Below, piece by piece: positions 1 through 13,450 of a stretch of DNA of 64,000 nt. The translations under genes were made by a program, and so were the position numbers. The notes below the pieces were generated by a model. It had not been told where the DNA came from and made no database searches. It saw only the letters and a list, made by a program, of their open reading frames with translations. How positions within the stretch are numbered: position 1 is the first letter of the stretch; each line of letters opens with the position of its first letter. Origin of the DNA: Ramazzottius varieornatus (Eukaryota; Animalia; Tardigrada); assembly GCA_001949185.1 (NCBI GenBank), contig BDGG01000004.1:3443777-3507776 (forward strand). Direction: 5' to 3'.

Positions 1-529
1 CCATCAGTTGCTGTAAAATGTACACTAAAAGCATAATCCAACGAAGGTAACCCGGAAACTGACGGACCTGCAAATACTGTATGACTGCAGGAACTTTGGC
101 TTTTCCGGTTTGCTGGTAATAATTCAGGAGAGATCCACGCTTTTCGTGATGACTGGCGGTCTTCGAGCTTGTCTGCCGTCTGAAATGTTCTTGTGACTCG
201 GTCAGTTCTTTCGTATCGAACTGGACAATGTCAGGATCGAGCAGAACTACTTTCCGGCTCTTTTCCCGCAGCTGGTTCGCCACATCCTTCTTCAGTCTGC
301 GAATCATCACCGTACTCTCCAACATCAGCTGCATATAAGCAACTATCATATCAGAAACCAACATCGAGATAGACGTAAACACGACCGGAATTCGAACCTG
401 CAGTTCTTCCGTGTTGGACTTGCCGCTGTAATCCATGAAGCCACGGTTGCTCATGTGTCCATTACAGTACCGCCGTCCGAATTCGGGAAACGACTTGAAC
501 AGCTGCTTGTCGATAGCACAAACGGTCAT
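1..529 (-). CDS. SMARCAL1: SMARCAL1/HARP annealing helicase, internal exons only (about 523-398, 328-68, 10-1; continues beyond window start; 5' half not found)
   Basis: Spliced translation VCAIDKQLFKSFPEFGRRYCNGHMSNRGFMDYSGKSNTEELQ|LMLESTVMIRRLKKDVANQLREKSRKVVLLDP...LLNYYQQTGKAKVPAVIQYLQ|QLM matches the SMARCAL1 segment FGLRYC...WDYSGSSNLGEL...VMLRRLKSDV.QLP.KQR...FF.RTAEAKIPSVIEYI. GT-AG introns at 397-329 and 67-11. Confidence 0.85.
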   Translation of the reverse strand, partial: MTVCAIDKQLFKSFPEFGRRYCNGHMSNRGFMDYSGKSNTEELQVRIPVVFTSISMLVSDMIVAYMQLMLESTVMIRRLKKDVANQLREKSRKVVLLDPDIVQFDTKELTESQEHFRRQTSSKTASHHEKRGSLLNYYQQTGKAKVPAVIQYLQVRQFPGYLRWIMLLVYILQQLM

Positions 530-3500
530 GCAGCATTCGGTATTGATTCGAGGAAGACGATTAATCCACATGAGTGACAATAATACATCTGAGCCCGTAT
601 AGTAAAAGGCGAGGCGGAAAATCCTTCTTTGGGTCTAGAGATACCATAACGAATGCCGGCCATGGCGCTCCGACAGTTACGAGTTAAGCGATTGTGTCCA
701 ATGCTGTGAAGGTGTACTCGCGTGCCAGTTGAAACAGTTCGAAACTACGGCGCTCTTTCCTGGGTAGAGAAGAATTATTAGAGGACCCGGAAATGTTCGC
801 CATATTCATCCGTATCAATAATTAGGGCAACATCCGGCAGAAGAAAAAAGACTGAGCCGGCAAATGCATGGCAGACGGGCAGAGGGGGAGACGGCAGTCT
901 TGTGACTTTCAGACGAAGACCAGTGGCCTGTAAACTTCGCACGCCATCTCCAGGTGTACCCCTGGCACCGCAGTACGAGGGGTGCTTCTCTCCGCGGTTT
1001 CACCCTGGGCGATAGCCGACAGGACTCACAGTCACAGGAGTCATCACGCATATATAAGCTGGCCAGGATGATCGGATCGATACAGGAATCCGCCTGCCTC
1101 CATCGGTAACAACTATCGTGCATTAATCAATAATTGGCAGCAACTCCTCCCCTGCTTGGATCGAAAGTCGGACATGGTCTGCTTGTCCTGTTGGAGCACA
1201 ACGATACCCTGTATCGGCGGACTGGGAACGGAACTGGAGCATTGGAGCAACAAGGAGTGATCGAGTGAGGTATAGACCGTATTGCCATTGCATGCTGGAA
1301 AGACATCATGATACATGATAGAATCTCCAGGAAAGCGCGGAGGTGCAAGTCGTATATTTGAATAGCGGATCGAATTCGAGACGTACTTCACTCAAGCAGA
1401 CGGTTATCTCTTCAGCGTTCAAGGTATCTTTGAAACTATTCATCTTCCACACTTCCTGTGGCTGTCTTATTACTCTTATATGTGCCTTATCAGCAGATGC
1501 TGATAAGAGCTATATAGCAGACTGTTCGGATCGAGCCGTGAATACTGTCACTGGATTTTCTTGGACTGGATTGATCCGTCCATTCTGTGCTTTTAGATTT
1601 ATGAGAGAATTTTGGATATTCGTCGCGACCGGAAGTTCGGAGCGGTTACCGAATAAAGAGGTGGAACTGAGGAGGTTCTTTCTGGATTTTTGGATTCTGC
1701 TACCCTGTGTCTGCATCATTTCCTTTCGATTTGGCATCTCATGCATGGTAAGCACAGTGTAAACTGCAAACAAACCGAGCACAAAAAAACGTTCTTTCTG
1801 TTGTACAATTCTATTAACTCGAAACCATCCAAATAGCTTCAAGCTGCACTTTTTGATCGAACACCGTTTTTCGTCCCTGGTTCTCCATTTGATAGACTTG
1901 ACGGCGGTTACCCGTGTGCCACACCGTAGGTTCGCAAGGGACTTACCTGCCCATCAAAGAATTTTTTCAAAATTGCCAATTAGTATTTCCCAGTAGGACA
2001 GCCACCACAAGTCAAGCCGAGCAAGGTATACTGCGCACGCAATTCTCGAGAGGAGGACACCGATAATGGAAGCTATCACGAGCTCGACGTGCATTTAATA
2101 TGGCATTAAGAACCAAGCTCGACTTTGACTTGCGTTGGAGGCTTTCTCAATAATTTAACGATAAGCTAGTTTAGATAAGGTTATGTTTGTCCTCTCGCTT
2201 CTTGCAGGACGAGGAAGAAAGGAATTAGTCTTAAGACCTATTCGAGGATTCCATGCTTGTCGTGTAGGATGTTGTGAACATCAGAAGATGTGAGTTGCAA
2301 AGGCAGGTTTCCGTCTGTGCAATTGAAAGCAGGCGACGAGGCGGAACGAGTGTGTTAGTTTGAGGTGGCAGTTTTGATGGAGTTTGACATCCTTCATCCC
2401 GTGAAAAGGCTCGTTTGAATGTCTTTATCCGTCGTAAATGGAAAATAGGCCGCCGACCACGTCTTGTGTTGCCCTGCGATGACTCCCTTGTCGATTAACG
2501 TTGGGGGCTACTTGGGCCTTTTGAACACTTTGCATGTTTCACGACACGAGGCTGATTGCTATTCTGAAAGCGAGGCATGCACGCTCGGAGTTGAAAGTCC
2601 CCGCAATGTAGATGATCCCGTTCAAATGTGGGATTTCTTCCGCACTCAGCAGTCAGCACAGCGCGCAAGACTGATGATCGACAGGGAAGCTGCCGATTAA
2701 TCGATGAGTGCTTTGTTGTGCTCAAATTAAGAGCTCACTGAGACACATTGAAGCCCTCGTAGATGTCGTCTTCCAGTCTTTCACAATCTATGAAGAGAAT
2801 TCGTGTGTAATTTCCAGGGGGTGATTTCGTTCAACAAAAGCTTCCGGTATTTCTTCGTTGGACTGTTACGACCGAAACTAATGTAATTGGAAGGTGGCAC
2901 GAAGTGAGGTGGAATATTCACATACTACTCGTTCATCGACGTTGTGTGTGTGTAAGCTGTGATATTGATTTTTGGGGGAGAAAGCACATCAATTACCGGA
3001 TGGATGGTGTGAACTGACTGGAATGGGTGGCCATTTATGAGCCCTTTTTACTTGAAGTTACGCTACAAGCGACCAGCATGTTGCGCGACTGGGGACTGGA
3101 CAAGTCCTGCCTTGCATGTCTGGGAGAAATTATATCCTTGACAAAGTTGTCAAAGTGTCCATTGTGCGCCTCATGCATAATCGACCACGTAAGTTTTAAT
3201 CCACGGGAGCCCACTGTCTGAACACTTGTCCGTCTAACTGGGCCACTATTCTCGACCCCAGCTGTTGACATATTTCATATCTCTCTGCGTGATTTAGAAG
3301 CGAGTTCGGAAGAGAAGAATTTGTGATAGGCAGACAACAACACGTAAAATGGTCCGCAGTTCCAACTGATCGTGACTTTTTGTTAAACAATTTTTCTCAT
3401 AATTTACGAAGAAATTCTGATTGTCGTATCCCAAGAAGAACCTATCAAATTCTGTCCTGTGAGGTACCGTAGCTTACCACACATGGAAGCAATGGTTCGG

Positions 3501-6444
3501 AGTCGCCAGTGAGCAGAGGCGTTCAGTGGAGCGCAGTAACGCGAATTCCGGGTTCGCCGCGTTACCAGGATGGAACCGCGCTGTTTCAACAGGCTGTGTG
3601 ATTTATCGTAGTCTGTGGTTCCTCCCAATCTGCGACACCCATTCTGTGGGAGAGGGAAGTTTGAGGATAAAAAGTGACAACTGTTTCCACTTGAGTAGTT
3701 ATGTGCTTGTATCAACACCGGCTGTGATTGTGTACACTTGGATAGGGTGACACTATGACAGTACCTTCTTTATTGAAAGTCAACATATCGTGTTCGCACT
3801 CCAGAATTTCCTGAATATGGCGCTTCAGTCCGTTCTAACGTCTGTCGAGACAATGACATGATATCACTAGATAACCTCCGCTCTATGAAAGTCCGTGCTT
3901 ATGTTTAGCCTTTAGCCTCTCAGCAAGTCCGACTGGACAGAACTCCGAAGGGAACTCAAGGAACTAGAAGTTCAAAGATTGAACTATGGGCTCTTGTTTT
4001 GAAAGCATGAGGAGAATGCAGCTTGACGTTCTGTGATTAGAGTACTATTGAGACTGACTGGATGAGTCAAAGGCGAGGGAGTAATTGGGGATGACGTCCT
4101 TGTTGCGCGTTTGACGAAACTATAAGCTCATCAGCTGAGGAGGAGCCTGATCGCCTCGAGTCTATTGGGAAAAACAGGAGGATCATTGATCTGAGATTGC
4201 GGTAGAAGCAACGTACTGATTGGTTTTGTTGGATCACATTGATCATCTTTGTGCGATCAAGAAGCCGGATGGTGGCTTCACTTCCGCCGCGACCGTGAAA
4301 GTCTTGGTTTGCCCATCGTTCTCGGCAATCCCGAGGGGTTTTCTGTGATCCGTAGCCCGTTTCAACCAACATCGCAAGCAATCTTTTTTGCTGTTTGGTA
4401 CTCTATCGCTTCTCTGCTTTGTGTTATTTATACGTAGTAGTATCACGAGAAACCGGAGTAGAATATGGCACGCTATTCACACACCAGGTCTCCGGAAGTC
4501 CAATCTGTTCTGTGTAATTAATATCTGCTCTATGTAATTAATGCAGCGCCGCTGCACCGCGGTGATGCGTTCTATGATCAGTGTCGCCGTGTATGTGTTA
4601 CGTAATCAGGGATCATGCACTGGGATACAACACCTCTCTTTGCTCAGTTTCGCTCGGTTGTTTTCTCCATCGCGTCTGGGATACTGTGTTCCAAATCCAG
4701 AACGCCATGCTTTTGGGTTAACTGCATGTTGGAAGAGAATCCAGATGGCGCTGGCTCTGTAGCTAAATTTGCAGAGTTCGCTGGTTTTGACGACTGTTTT
4801 ATCGTTGCAGGTTCTTTGGCGCTCTCGGAGGACCGCACATTCGGATTGGCTGACCCCTCTACATCCCAAGTAGCGAACCCGAACACGGATATCTAAGAAG
4901 CTGGCTATGGATTCGGTAAGTCTTGTCGAAGCTGTCGTTCTTCCCACCGTCCATTGTGAACAGTTGGTAATTTTGGCTGGCTATCTGACAAAATCGACTG
5001 AAACTATAGGTGGCGTAATGCAGTGATGAATGTTAAGTCTCGCATCAAGGTCCTCATTTCCCGAGAAGCTGGGAACCAAGAGTTGAAAAATCACGCAGTC
5101 AAGCACATGGTTTTGTATTCCTGGGTCTCACGTCAGGATCATCTTCGTCGCGAAAGAAGAAGCCTGACCGGGGATTCTCGTAGGGATTTCTGTGGCGAGG
5201 CCTCTTTAACGTTGTTCTTGCTGGAGGTTCTGCCATCACCTGACACTAAACGAAAGGTCTGTCGGCTTTCGTATTCAGGCTTGTCCTCTAGCACACTTTT
5301 TCTCCCTTGACTATACTGATCATGCGCCTATCGATTGCTCATCCCGGGACATGGGCGCTAGCTCTCTGGCTCATCGCTGACAGAAACCGTCTCGTGTTTT
5401 TTCGCGGATGGCTGCTGTTTGTTTAGGTCCTTTAGGGAATTTGGTGGCGGTTAGCTTTGAGTTGCCTCTTTGACGCATCCTGGATGCACGTTAGACCGCA
5501 TATACTGCACAATCGTTTAAGGTGCGATGTTGGCGAGGCACCCAACCGAAGGTCCTTCGGCTTACAGAGGCAGTGGGTCGTTGTGTTCGATCCTGCTTAG
5601 ATAATACGGTTGTGTACACAGAAACCCGATCGACTTCCGGACGACTATCAAGCAGGCTAAAGCTGTCCAAAAGGCATTCAGCTCTTCAATGCGCTCTTAT
5701 TTGGTCGGAGGTCCTTTGTGGATACCCCTGAACGAACGTATGAATATAGTCTTTATAAAGACTCTTAACCTTTGAACCTTCAGGCCTTGTTCAACAAAAT
5801 AATCCCCTCATTTTTTCCAGAAGTCTCGATGAGTTGACCAGAAGTGAATGATTGACGTGCAAACCAAGAGTGAAGGTTCAGGATATACGACTGTATAAGA
5901 GCTATCTAGTGCGGAAGGAGCTGTACTTGGTCATCCGTCGTTAGCTATCAATCAGGTCCAAAAGGGGGAGAGGAAGCACTGCTTGTTTCATGAAGTGAGT
6001 TTGTTGAGGAAAAGTTAATTCACAAAGTCCAAGGCTAGCTCGACACAGCTCGCAACAACGTCACGATAGAGATATCGATGATTGGCGCAATATATGCTAG
6101 TTGATCAGACTGATACATGGAAGAGGGGCTTTAGTAGGTCGAATAGTCGGGAGTACATTCTGGAGCGGATGAGTTGAGTCTGAGCATGGGCATAGAAGCC
6201 TTTAATATGCGTTTGACAACGGGGAGGCAAATGTATAACTGATCTGGCGATCGGGCCCATAACAAGGGGAAAGGCACATTTTAAGGGGATAGCGACTTCC
6301 TCTTGTCGGCAAGAGCCGTTTATGTATACGAGGCTCATCCAGTGTATGCGCAATAAATTTGAGGCTTGAATCGATCAGCTTTTATAGGTCTTCGGAATAT
6401 GTCTGTATATCGCGTGGCCACTTTGCCTGAAAACTCTTCTTTCT

Positions 6445-6460
6445 TGTGTGTGTGTGTGTG
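6445..6460. repeat. (TG)n microsatellite
   Basis: tgtgtgtgtgtgtgtg read directly. Confidence 0.8.
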
Positions 6461-9001
6461 GCACCATCCAGCCCTTCTCCGTACAAGGGATATTTGTCCA
6501 GCCTGTCATGACGTCCCTTATAGACTTCTATAGTGGATTTGTTGTGGTGAAAAGGCATGTAAGCTGAAACATGACATCGACTTGATCATCGTTATGTATA
6601 TACAGAATATGCTTGAGCCCCTTGTACAGCCTATGCCGAACCCCGAAATACATCGTGCCCGTTATTAACACAAAATGTGGACAAACCCATTCCGGCCATG
6701 TTTAAGGAACGTGCACAACTGGTTTCTCTTCCTGTCTGTCTTTCACTTTATTGTTGATGTTGAACTTCGTGCTGTTTCATACATCCACTCTTGGAATACC
6801 TTCTTCGGGTGAGCTCTAATGCCGACGAAAAATAGGTGCGCGATACGACGAATAGCGAGAGCTTGGAAAGATCGACAACATCTTAGAAAATTGGCAGCAT
6901 TTTCGTCGGCCAATTATCCCGATCGGGAAAGATTACAACGGGGTGCGTGTTAGGTGGAATTACCTGCGCCGCCTTCGATTAATCCACATCAGCCGCTGTT
7001 CTGTACAGAAACTGCCTTTGGTCCCCGGTGGACCCAGCTGCGCTCTCGGATCAGAGCTGAATATTGTATCATATGCCCTGATGTGCCGACTTGTGCTACA
7101 TGATGGGACTTGATGCCCAAAGGAGAAAGGCGTGACGGAATAGTTTTAGATTTCGATTTGTTCGTTGTCTGTTTATGAGGGAGAACAGCAATCGTACGGC
7201 GAGCGAAAAAACTCGGAAAATTTGAGCTTCCGGCGGACACAAAGATATGATCATATCATAATCGTAGTTGTGTATGCTAAATGAGCTGTGACATCTGATA
7301 TTCTGCACCTATGATTTCTGCCTGTCAATGGAATGTGACGTTATTATTGGGGTTAACCAGCCATACGCCGTGGTCATAAAAATCTGTCAGATAGCCAGCC
7401 AGCCAGCCAAGTTATTGATGCAATGGACGGAAGGATTCGAACTGGATGGACTATACGGATAAGTACTCACTTTTTTACATTTACAGGCTAGCCTTTGTGT
7501 TCTAAGAGCAGAGTGAAGACGCTCGCTTGCTCTGTCAAGTCAAGATGAAGTGGAAGCCTTTCCTACTACTTGAAGTTTCCTGGTTACTCCTCGTTCAAGT
7601 GTTAATCTCGGATGCTGAAGGTGAGACCTAATCCCGCTCTATCTAGAGTTCTTGGCTGACTGACAAGACTGCCGGTATTTGAACGAGTCCCAGTGCCTGA
7701 GGCGCTCAGACGACTCAAGATGATTTCGATGAAATATAATGGCGGAACGGGTCTTGATGGTAACCCAATTGACGGCACTTGGGAATATGTCAAGAGCATG
7801 GTGGAACATGTCCACACGCCATTAGTGTTGAGTTAGAATGAGTGGTCAACCCCAAAACTGACCGCCGTTACATGGTGCAACCACAGAGTCGGACTTCCTG
7901 TAACGAGATGTTTGAATAAGCTTACCGGATATCGGTCATTAGGAGAGAGTACTCCTTCGGATATGACAAGTCGGAGCTTGTTTACTCTTCTCCATTGAAA
8001 TGTGGTGTGTTCGTAAAATTTTCTGTGCTGTGAATTTGCGCATGTTTGGAATTAACAGCGTATGGTGTTCAACAGCTTTCATATGGCTTACGCGGCCAAT
8101 TGTGCGGAGGTTGACCCTTGTGTTGTGTGGCTTTTTCGAGAGACGGGAAAAAAATAATCGATATGTTTTGCTTCTGTAAAAGGCGGGATGAGAATGAGTT
8201 GATGATTTAACCACAGCTTAAACGCAGCCGTATCGGCGAAACTATGGGAAGGCGGACGTGACGTAGGACCGGGACAAGGCCTCAAGTGCGTAGCAGGTCT
8301 GGTTGAAGAGCTTTACGTTCCGGATTCTAAAGGATATAAAAGTCAATTGCGTTTGTGAGGAGTATTGTGTTGCGCGTAAAGTAAATTTGCACCGTTGCCG
8401 CCGAACAGGCAGTTTTTCGATTGATCGAACGGATCAGTTATGGAGCTTTCAGTGTACGTGGGGACCTTAATGGCACTGTTGCAGATCACGCCTTGATGCG
8501 TTGTAAACTTTCCATCGAATTCTAGGACGTTTTAAGGGATGAATATGGCGTAAAAAGGTTTTGATAGGGTGTCATGACGGCGTTAGGTGAGAATTAATCA
8601 GAACATGTGGGGACAGAATGATCGTCGCTAGAACCGGACGCTACATGAGTAACCTTCCTCGTGTCGTTGAGGGATCACTTCTCAAGAAAACATTGTAGGA
8701 AAGCTGATGGGGTATCGTTTAGTCATCTAGTCCCAGTGATACGTCCCATTTCGAGTGTACGAACGCCGTCATTCGGAGTAATCCAATTACTGCTAGCACT
8801 CATGGCTTTTTTGTACACCAGCAGATCACTGGTTTTTCAAGGCCTCTGACATTATGCACGCTTGTTTTGGGGATTGCTTTTCCGCGATGCGTGTTGAGAA
8901 CCTTCACTCAGCTCCGTGTTTTGCGCGCACAAAGCGCCTTGCTTTCTTGTTCTAGGGGAAGAAAGAAACACGCTTGACCGACTCGAAAACCGCATGACGT
9001 A

Positions 9002-9206
9002 CACGCGCGGAGGGAAATTTTGGCCCAGTAAAAAATTTGGGCCAGGCGGAAAAGACGGCAATCGATAATTCGGCCGTAGATGCCGTAGAAAATTGTCGAA
9101 AAGTGCATTGGCGTGAATTTCAAGCGTAAGTACGTACATCCGTATCGCTGTTTCGGAATCGCCTGGCCCAAACTTTTTACTGACCCAAACTTTCACTTCG
9201 CGCGTG
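9002..9206. mobile_element. 205-bp MITE with about 50-bp terminal inverted repeats and TA flanks (Tc1/mariner-type non-autonomous element)
   Basis: Left arm cacgcgcggagggaaattttggcccagtaaaaaatttgggccaggcg; reverse complement of right arm cacgcgcgaagtgaaagtttgggtcagtaaaaagtttgggccaggcg; TA at 9000-9001 and 9207-9208; no internal coding capacity. Confidence 0.8.
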
Positions 9207-11199
9207 TACATCGTTGGTGTGCTTCGCCGTAAGAGTCAGGAGGGATGTCTGGTATGATTTAACGTTCAAAATCGCGTCAATTCGCGGGGTGCTATATGTA
9301 TGGAAGGGCTGATCTGGCTCAACTCGGCTGAAGCCCGTATGATTTAATCACTTGCTGTTATCACCGCTGTTCTTGTCAGCTTTTCTGGACGTTCGCTCAG
9401 CCATCGCATTTTCGCTCATACTCCACCAAAAAGATCAGGCTTTTCGCAATCCATGTAAGCATACGACTCGTTGGATTTTGGGCCTTTCTTTTGCTGACGA
9501 CGTCCTCCAGTCATTTTGAGAAGGTCGACGACGATATCTCTTTACGTCATACCCGTCTACTTTGTTGGAGAAGTTTCCGTCAGCAGTATTTATCACGCTG
9601 GTTTCGGCTTTCTCTTGCTGATGTGAAGCCTTTCGTGACAGTAATGCTCGTCTCCGGTAATTTCTCTACGTCAAAATGTATGACAAAGTAAGTTGGGTAT
9701 TTTGGAATGTTCATGAATGAGTGAGGGATCGATGGGCTCTGAATAGAGTACATCGGTGCTGATAATGGCGGACCAATTAGCTTGTGATGAATTCGATGGA
9801 GTAATGATGGAGCACTTCAGTCTTAATTCGATTGGGATATGTGCTGGAGGACACAAGACTGGAAACAAATATTCTTTGTCGGCAATGGCGCGTCCTTCAG
9901 CTCACAAAGACCAAATGGACATTGATCGACAGTCCGCTGAGACAAACTATAAATTGGATCATGTCTTATAGACTGGGTGATTGGTGCTACTGACCTCGTG
10001 TGAATTCCCTTCTTCCCGACCGACACTCTGTGATTCCCCTTCTTCACATATGAATTACTGTATTCTCAGGCTTGCTTTCCTTCTGGATGACTTTGAAGAA
10101 AGCATATGGAGTTCGTGCTGTCATTCGAGCTAGCGGGCTCATCGAGGGGGTTTTCAGCATGATAAGGAAGGGAAGCTTCGAAGGAGTGTCTGAGGTGGAT
10201 ACTGCGGATAAAGGGTTCCACAACAGATTTTTCTGGTTATTCAATTGTGGCTCCATCTTTTTGTTGTTATAGTAAGTGTTGCATTAGGGGAACTGGAAGT
10301 GAATGACATGAGACAAAGGCTAGAATACGTTCTGGGATCTAAAGTTTAGTGGCGCCATCTACGACCGATCTCCTCCATCCCTACAGGCGTTAATCCACCG
10401 GGCTTGCTCATATATATAGCTCGAGATTGGCTGTGATGGAGTCCTGTGTTTCATGCGAGACTTTGAATGGCATATCAAGTGGACGCCAAGACTGGATCAA
10501 CATTCAAAAAATTAAGGCTTCGATCGCGACAGTTTGACTGCATGAAACTCGTCGTGGGAGTGCGCCAAGTCGAGCGTTGCGTCTGATTGTTGATGCGAGG
10601 AGAAAGAAATTGGAACAATTTCAGATTGACAATGCAAAACAGTGAGCTCCTGCCTTCCCTTTCTACTCTTGAGAAGTCAACTTGGTAGGAATTGTGGGAC
10701 AGTCAACGCATAGATGTGCCTGGATTTGTCAGGAAAAACTGTTGAGGAGCTCGCGAGCTCGAGAGTCGCGACATCCGACTTTGGTCCGCCGATGACGCGC
10801 ACACTCGAAAATTAGGTTACTTTGTTACGAGTAGTCGTACCCCATAAAGTGAAAGAGCAACATGCTAGTGCTGGCGTCGACGTGCCTGATCGGAAAAACT
10901 ATTTACAGGCAGAACAAGTAACTTAAGGAGCCCGGTCACGTGCGGTAATTTACCACCGCAGATACTGTAATACTGTAAAATATAGACTTTAGAGTGCTCT
11001 CCAGATTCGATGTGGCTCGCCTGAAAAGGATCGGACCGTCCTTTATTTTGTCCGAAAGTTGCTGTCACGACATGATGGAGAACTGGCTAGGAGGTCTTCC
11101 ACTGTCTAGGGTGTTACCTCACTGCTTCTTAGATGACGTGTTATTACGGCATCGTTTGCAGAAGAGAAACCTGAGTAAGGAGGGTTAGCGGTTAGCCAG

Positions 11200-13450
11200 T
11201 GGCTGACGACAGGGGCCGATGTGGAGCGAGGAACCAGAAGGCCTCTGTCAAACGGGGAATGTGTGATACCTTCTGACGGTACAAGTTTGGTTTTCCACCA
11301 TTGTTGAATGTGTTTGACCGAAGGAGTTCTTTGCGTTAAAGCATGTTCGCCAGAGGAAGACAGTCAGGACTTGAGGGTGAAATCCTCGGATGACGTTCTG
11401 TGGATCTGTGATGGGGTTACAAACAAGGCACTATTGGCACTTCCCTTCCGTTCCAATCTATGCTGTACTGTATAAACAGTGTTTTTGGCTTGTCAACTGT
11501 GATTTGTCCAAATGCCTGCCTGAGGATCTTTTTCCGCCTTGTGATAATCCCAATTGAAGCACTGATCCATATAGACAAATCGTGCAGCTGTGTCTTGAGG
11601 GACTCTGGCTTCCCGACACATTTTTGGCATGGACACCTCTTTAAGGAAGCATTCCAGCGTTTACTGTGAAGCATGTTGTGCAGTTCGTACAAGATTGTGT
11701 AGGTTTACAAGATGAATCTGTTTATGGGAAAGTGTATGCCTGTCGTTGACTTACAATCCGCTGGGTGAATTGAAGGACTATCAGGAAAAGCATTTGAATG
11801 CATAGTTGTGTCTTCCTGTGGCATTCAGGATTAATCGTCCACATGTGCCGTCTCGCTCCGCATTGCATATTCCAAGCATTTGATCCTCCATATGCTGATA
11901 ACGCTCGTCTCGCCACATTCAGCTGTCCTTTGGAATTTTCTCGATGCTGGACTGGCAGCGCAGTTGAGCTGATGATAGCCACGCCCTGAAAGATTCGTTG
12001 CGCTCTGGACTTCCGGTTGGACTTTCGTATCGCCTCCATCAGTTGCGCATATCTTATATACTCTTTCCGACTGCCTTCGAAGTCATTACCTCAAGTAACG
12101 CGCCGGCGCTGTGTTCTACTTCTCTGACAAGATCTATTCGAAATACGGACATCTACGGACGTGTTTCTTGATGTTCGGTGTATCGTACTACGAAAGTCCT
12201 GGGCGCCCTGGGCCTGGTTCTTCGCCTGCTGCACTTTTCTTTTGAAACTGCCGGATATTACGATTTTTATTGCCTCTGGTTTCCGAATTACCAGCCCTTG
12301 TACTGGGGATATTTTATGGGGCTTTGTATCTGATGGGTCGCCGAGGTCCTCGTGTGATATAACGTGTCTGCAACCTGGATTACATCTGCAGAACAGTTTC
12401 GGTCGTTAGCATTTTGAGCGTGGTTGATGGCTGGTGTCCAGGAGGCTTGTCAAATGACCTGGATTGGGGAATTGTACTAATTGATCTTTGCAAAGTGATG
12501 TGCCAAGCTGTCTCCAGGGGAAAATGCTCACAGCTGAGGCGGTTCTCAACATGGTCCTTATCCTCTTCAGTAAGTTATGTCAATGTCTTCCCTTTATGAC
12601 TGACACATGCGTTTGTCTGAACTGTGCCCAAGGAATTTTTGATTAGGAATTAAAAGCATTGGCTGTACAATGCCAATCCCCGCACGCTTCCCCGCTTTAG
12701 TCTTCCCTTGTTGACAGAGGAACGATTGCGTAAACGTGAGGATTTGTCGTTGATTGTGTGGCGACTTCCACATATCTCACGGAAACTGGGCCGCAAAGAT
12801 GTTAAGCGTCCCCCACGCTTCAGTGCCCCTTCCTTGTCTCATAACAAGATTCTGAATTTCATGTCCATGGCTCAAGAATGAAATTACGAAAATGTGTTGA
12901 AATGCAGAAGTAATATAAAGCTCTTGCTTCGGAAATTTGCCGTTGGAAAACACCAACGAAAATTTACCCAACTGTGAAGACCCAAAACACGTGGCTTAAA
13001 TTGTTTCAGTGCGAAATTCAGAGGCAATCAGGGCGGTTGCTTCCGATATGACGCGGTAGACGAAACGTAATTATATTGTCTAATTGTGCTCTGTGGACCC
13101 ACGTTTACGGATGACGAGCTAACGATTCTGCCGGTCGGTGTTTCATTTCTTGTAATTTGGTGCTGCAGTGGGACACAGCTGGAACGACAATGTATGTGTG
13201 TTTTAATAACGTGTCGGGTCTCGAGGAAGGAAGCACAGCTTAGCGAGAGACTACCAACTGCGGTTCTGTAATACGAAACGTAAATCCAGCCGTGCTGCAG
13301 CGGTCCTCTTCCTGCGCTCGCCGGATGTCCCCTTTTTAGCCGGTCAACAGTACTTCTACAGTAATTGAGATATGCTTTCAGCTGTTGCAGTAGGTTACGT
13401 TGGATCAACTGGCATTTGGAGTGGTCCATTTTGATTTCAGTTGCGCTCTT
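11200..13450 (-). mobile_element. Heavily degenerate non-LTR retrotransposon relic, possibly restriction-like-endonuclease clade (R2/NeSL/R4-like)
   Basis: Broken minus-strand frames give weak motifs in the expected order: VNKGRLKRG (RT RGVKQG-like, about 12700), CPCQKCVGKPESL...GIITRR (zinc knuckle/RH-like, about 11630-11540), ctcaag(t)cctgac = frameshifted LKPD (about 11370). Many stops and frameshifts. Confidence 0.3.

Noticed and set aside
2900-3300. HEAHNGH-containing frame resembling a BEL/Pao or Gypsy integrase zinc-binding region
   Set aside because: Single weak motif with no supporting DDE or RT motifs; cannot be supported
4290-4335. IAENDGQTKT on the minus strand resembling helicase motif I (ADDMGLGKT) as the missing SMARCAL1 exon
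   Set aside because: Lacks GxGKT, and the flanking residues show no SMARCAL1 similarity; judged a chance match
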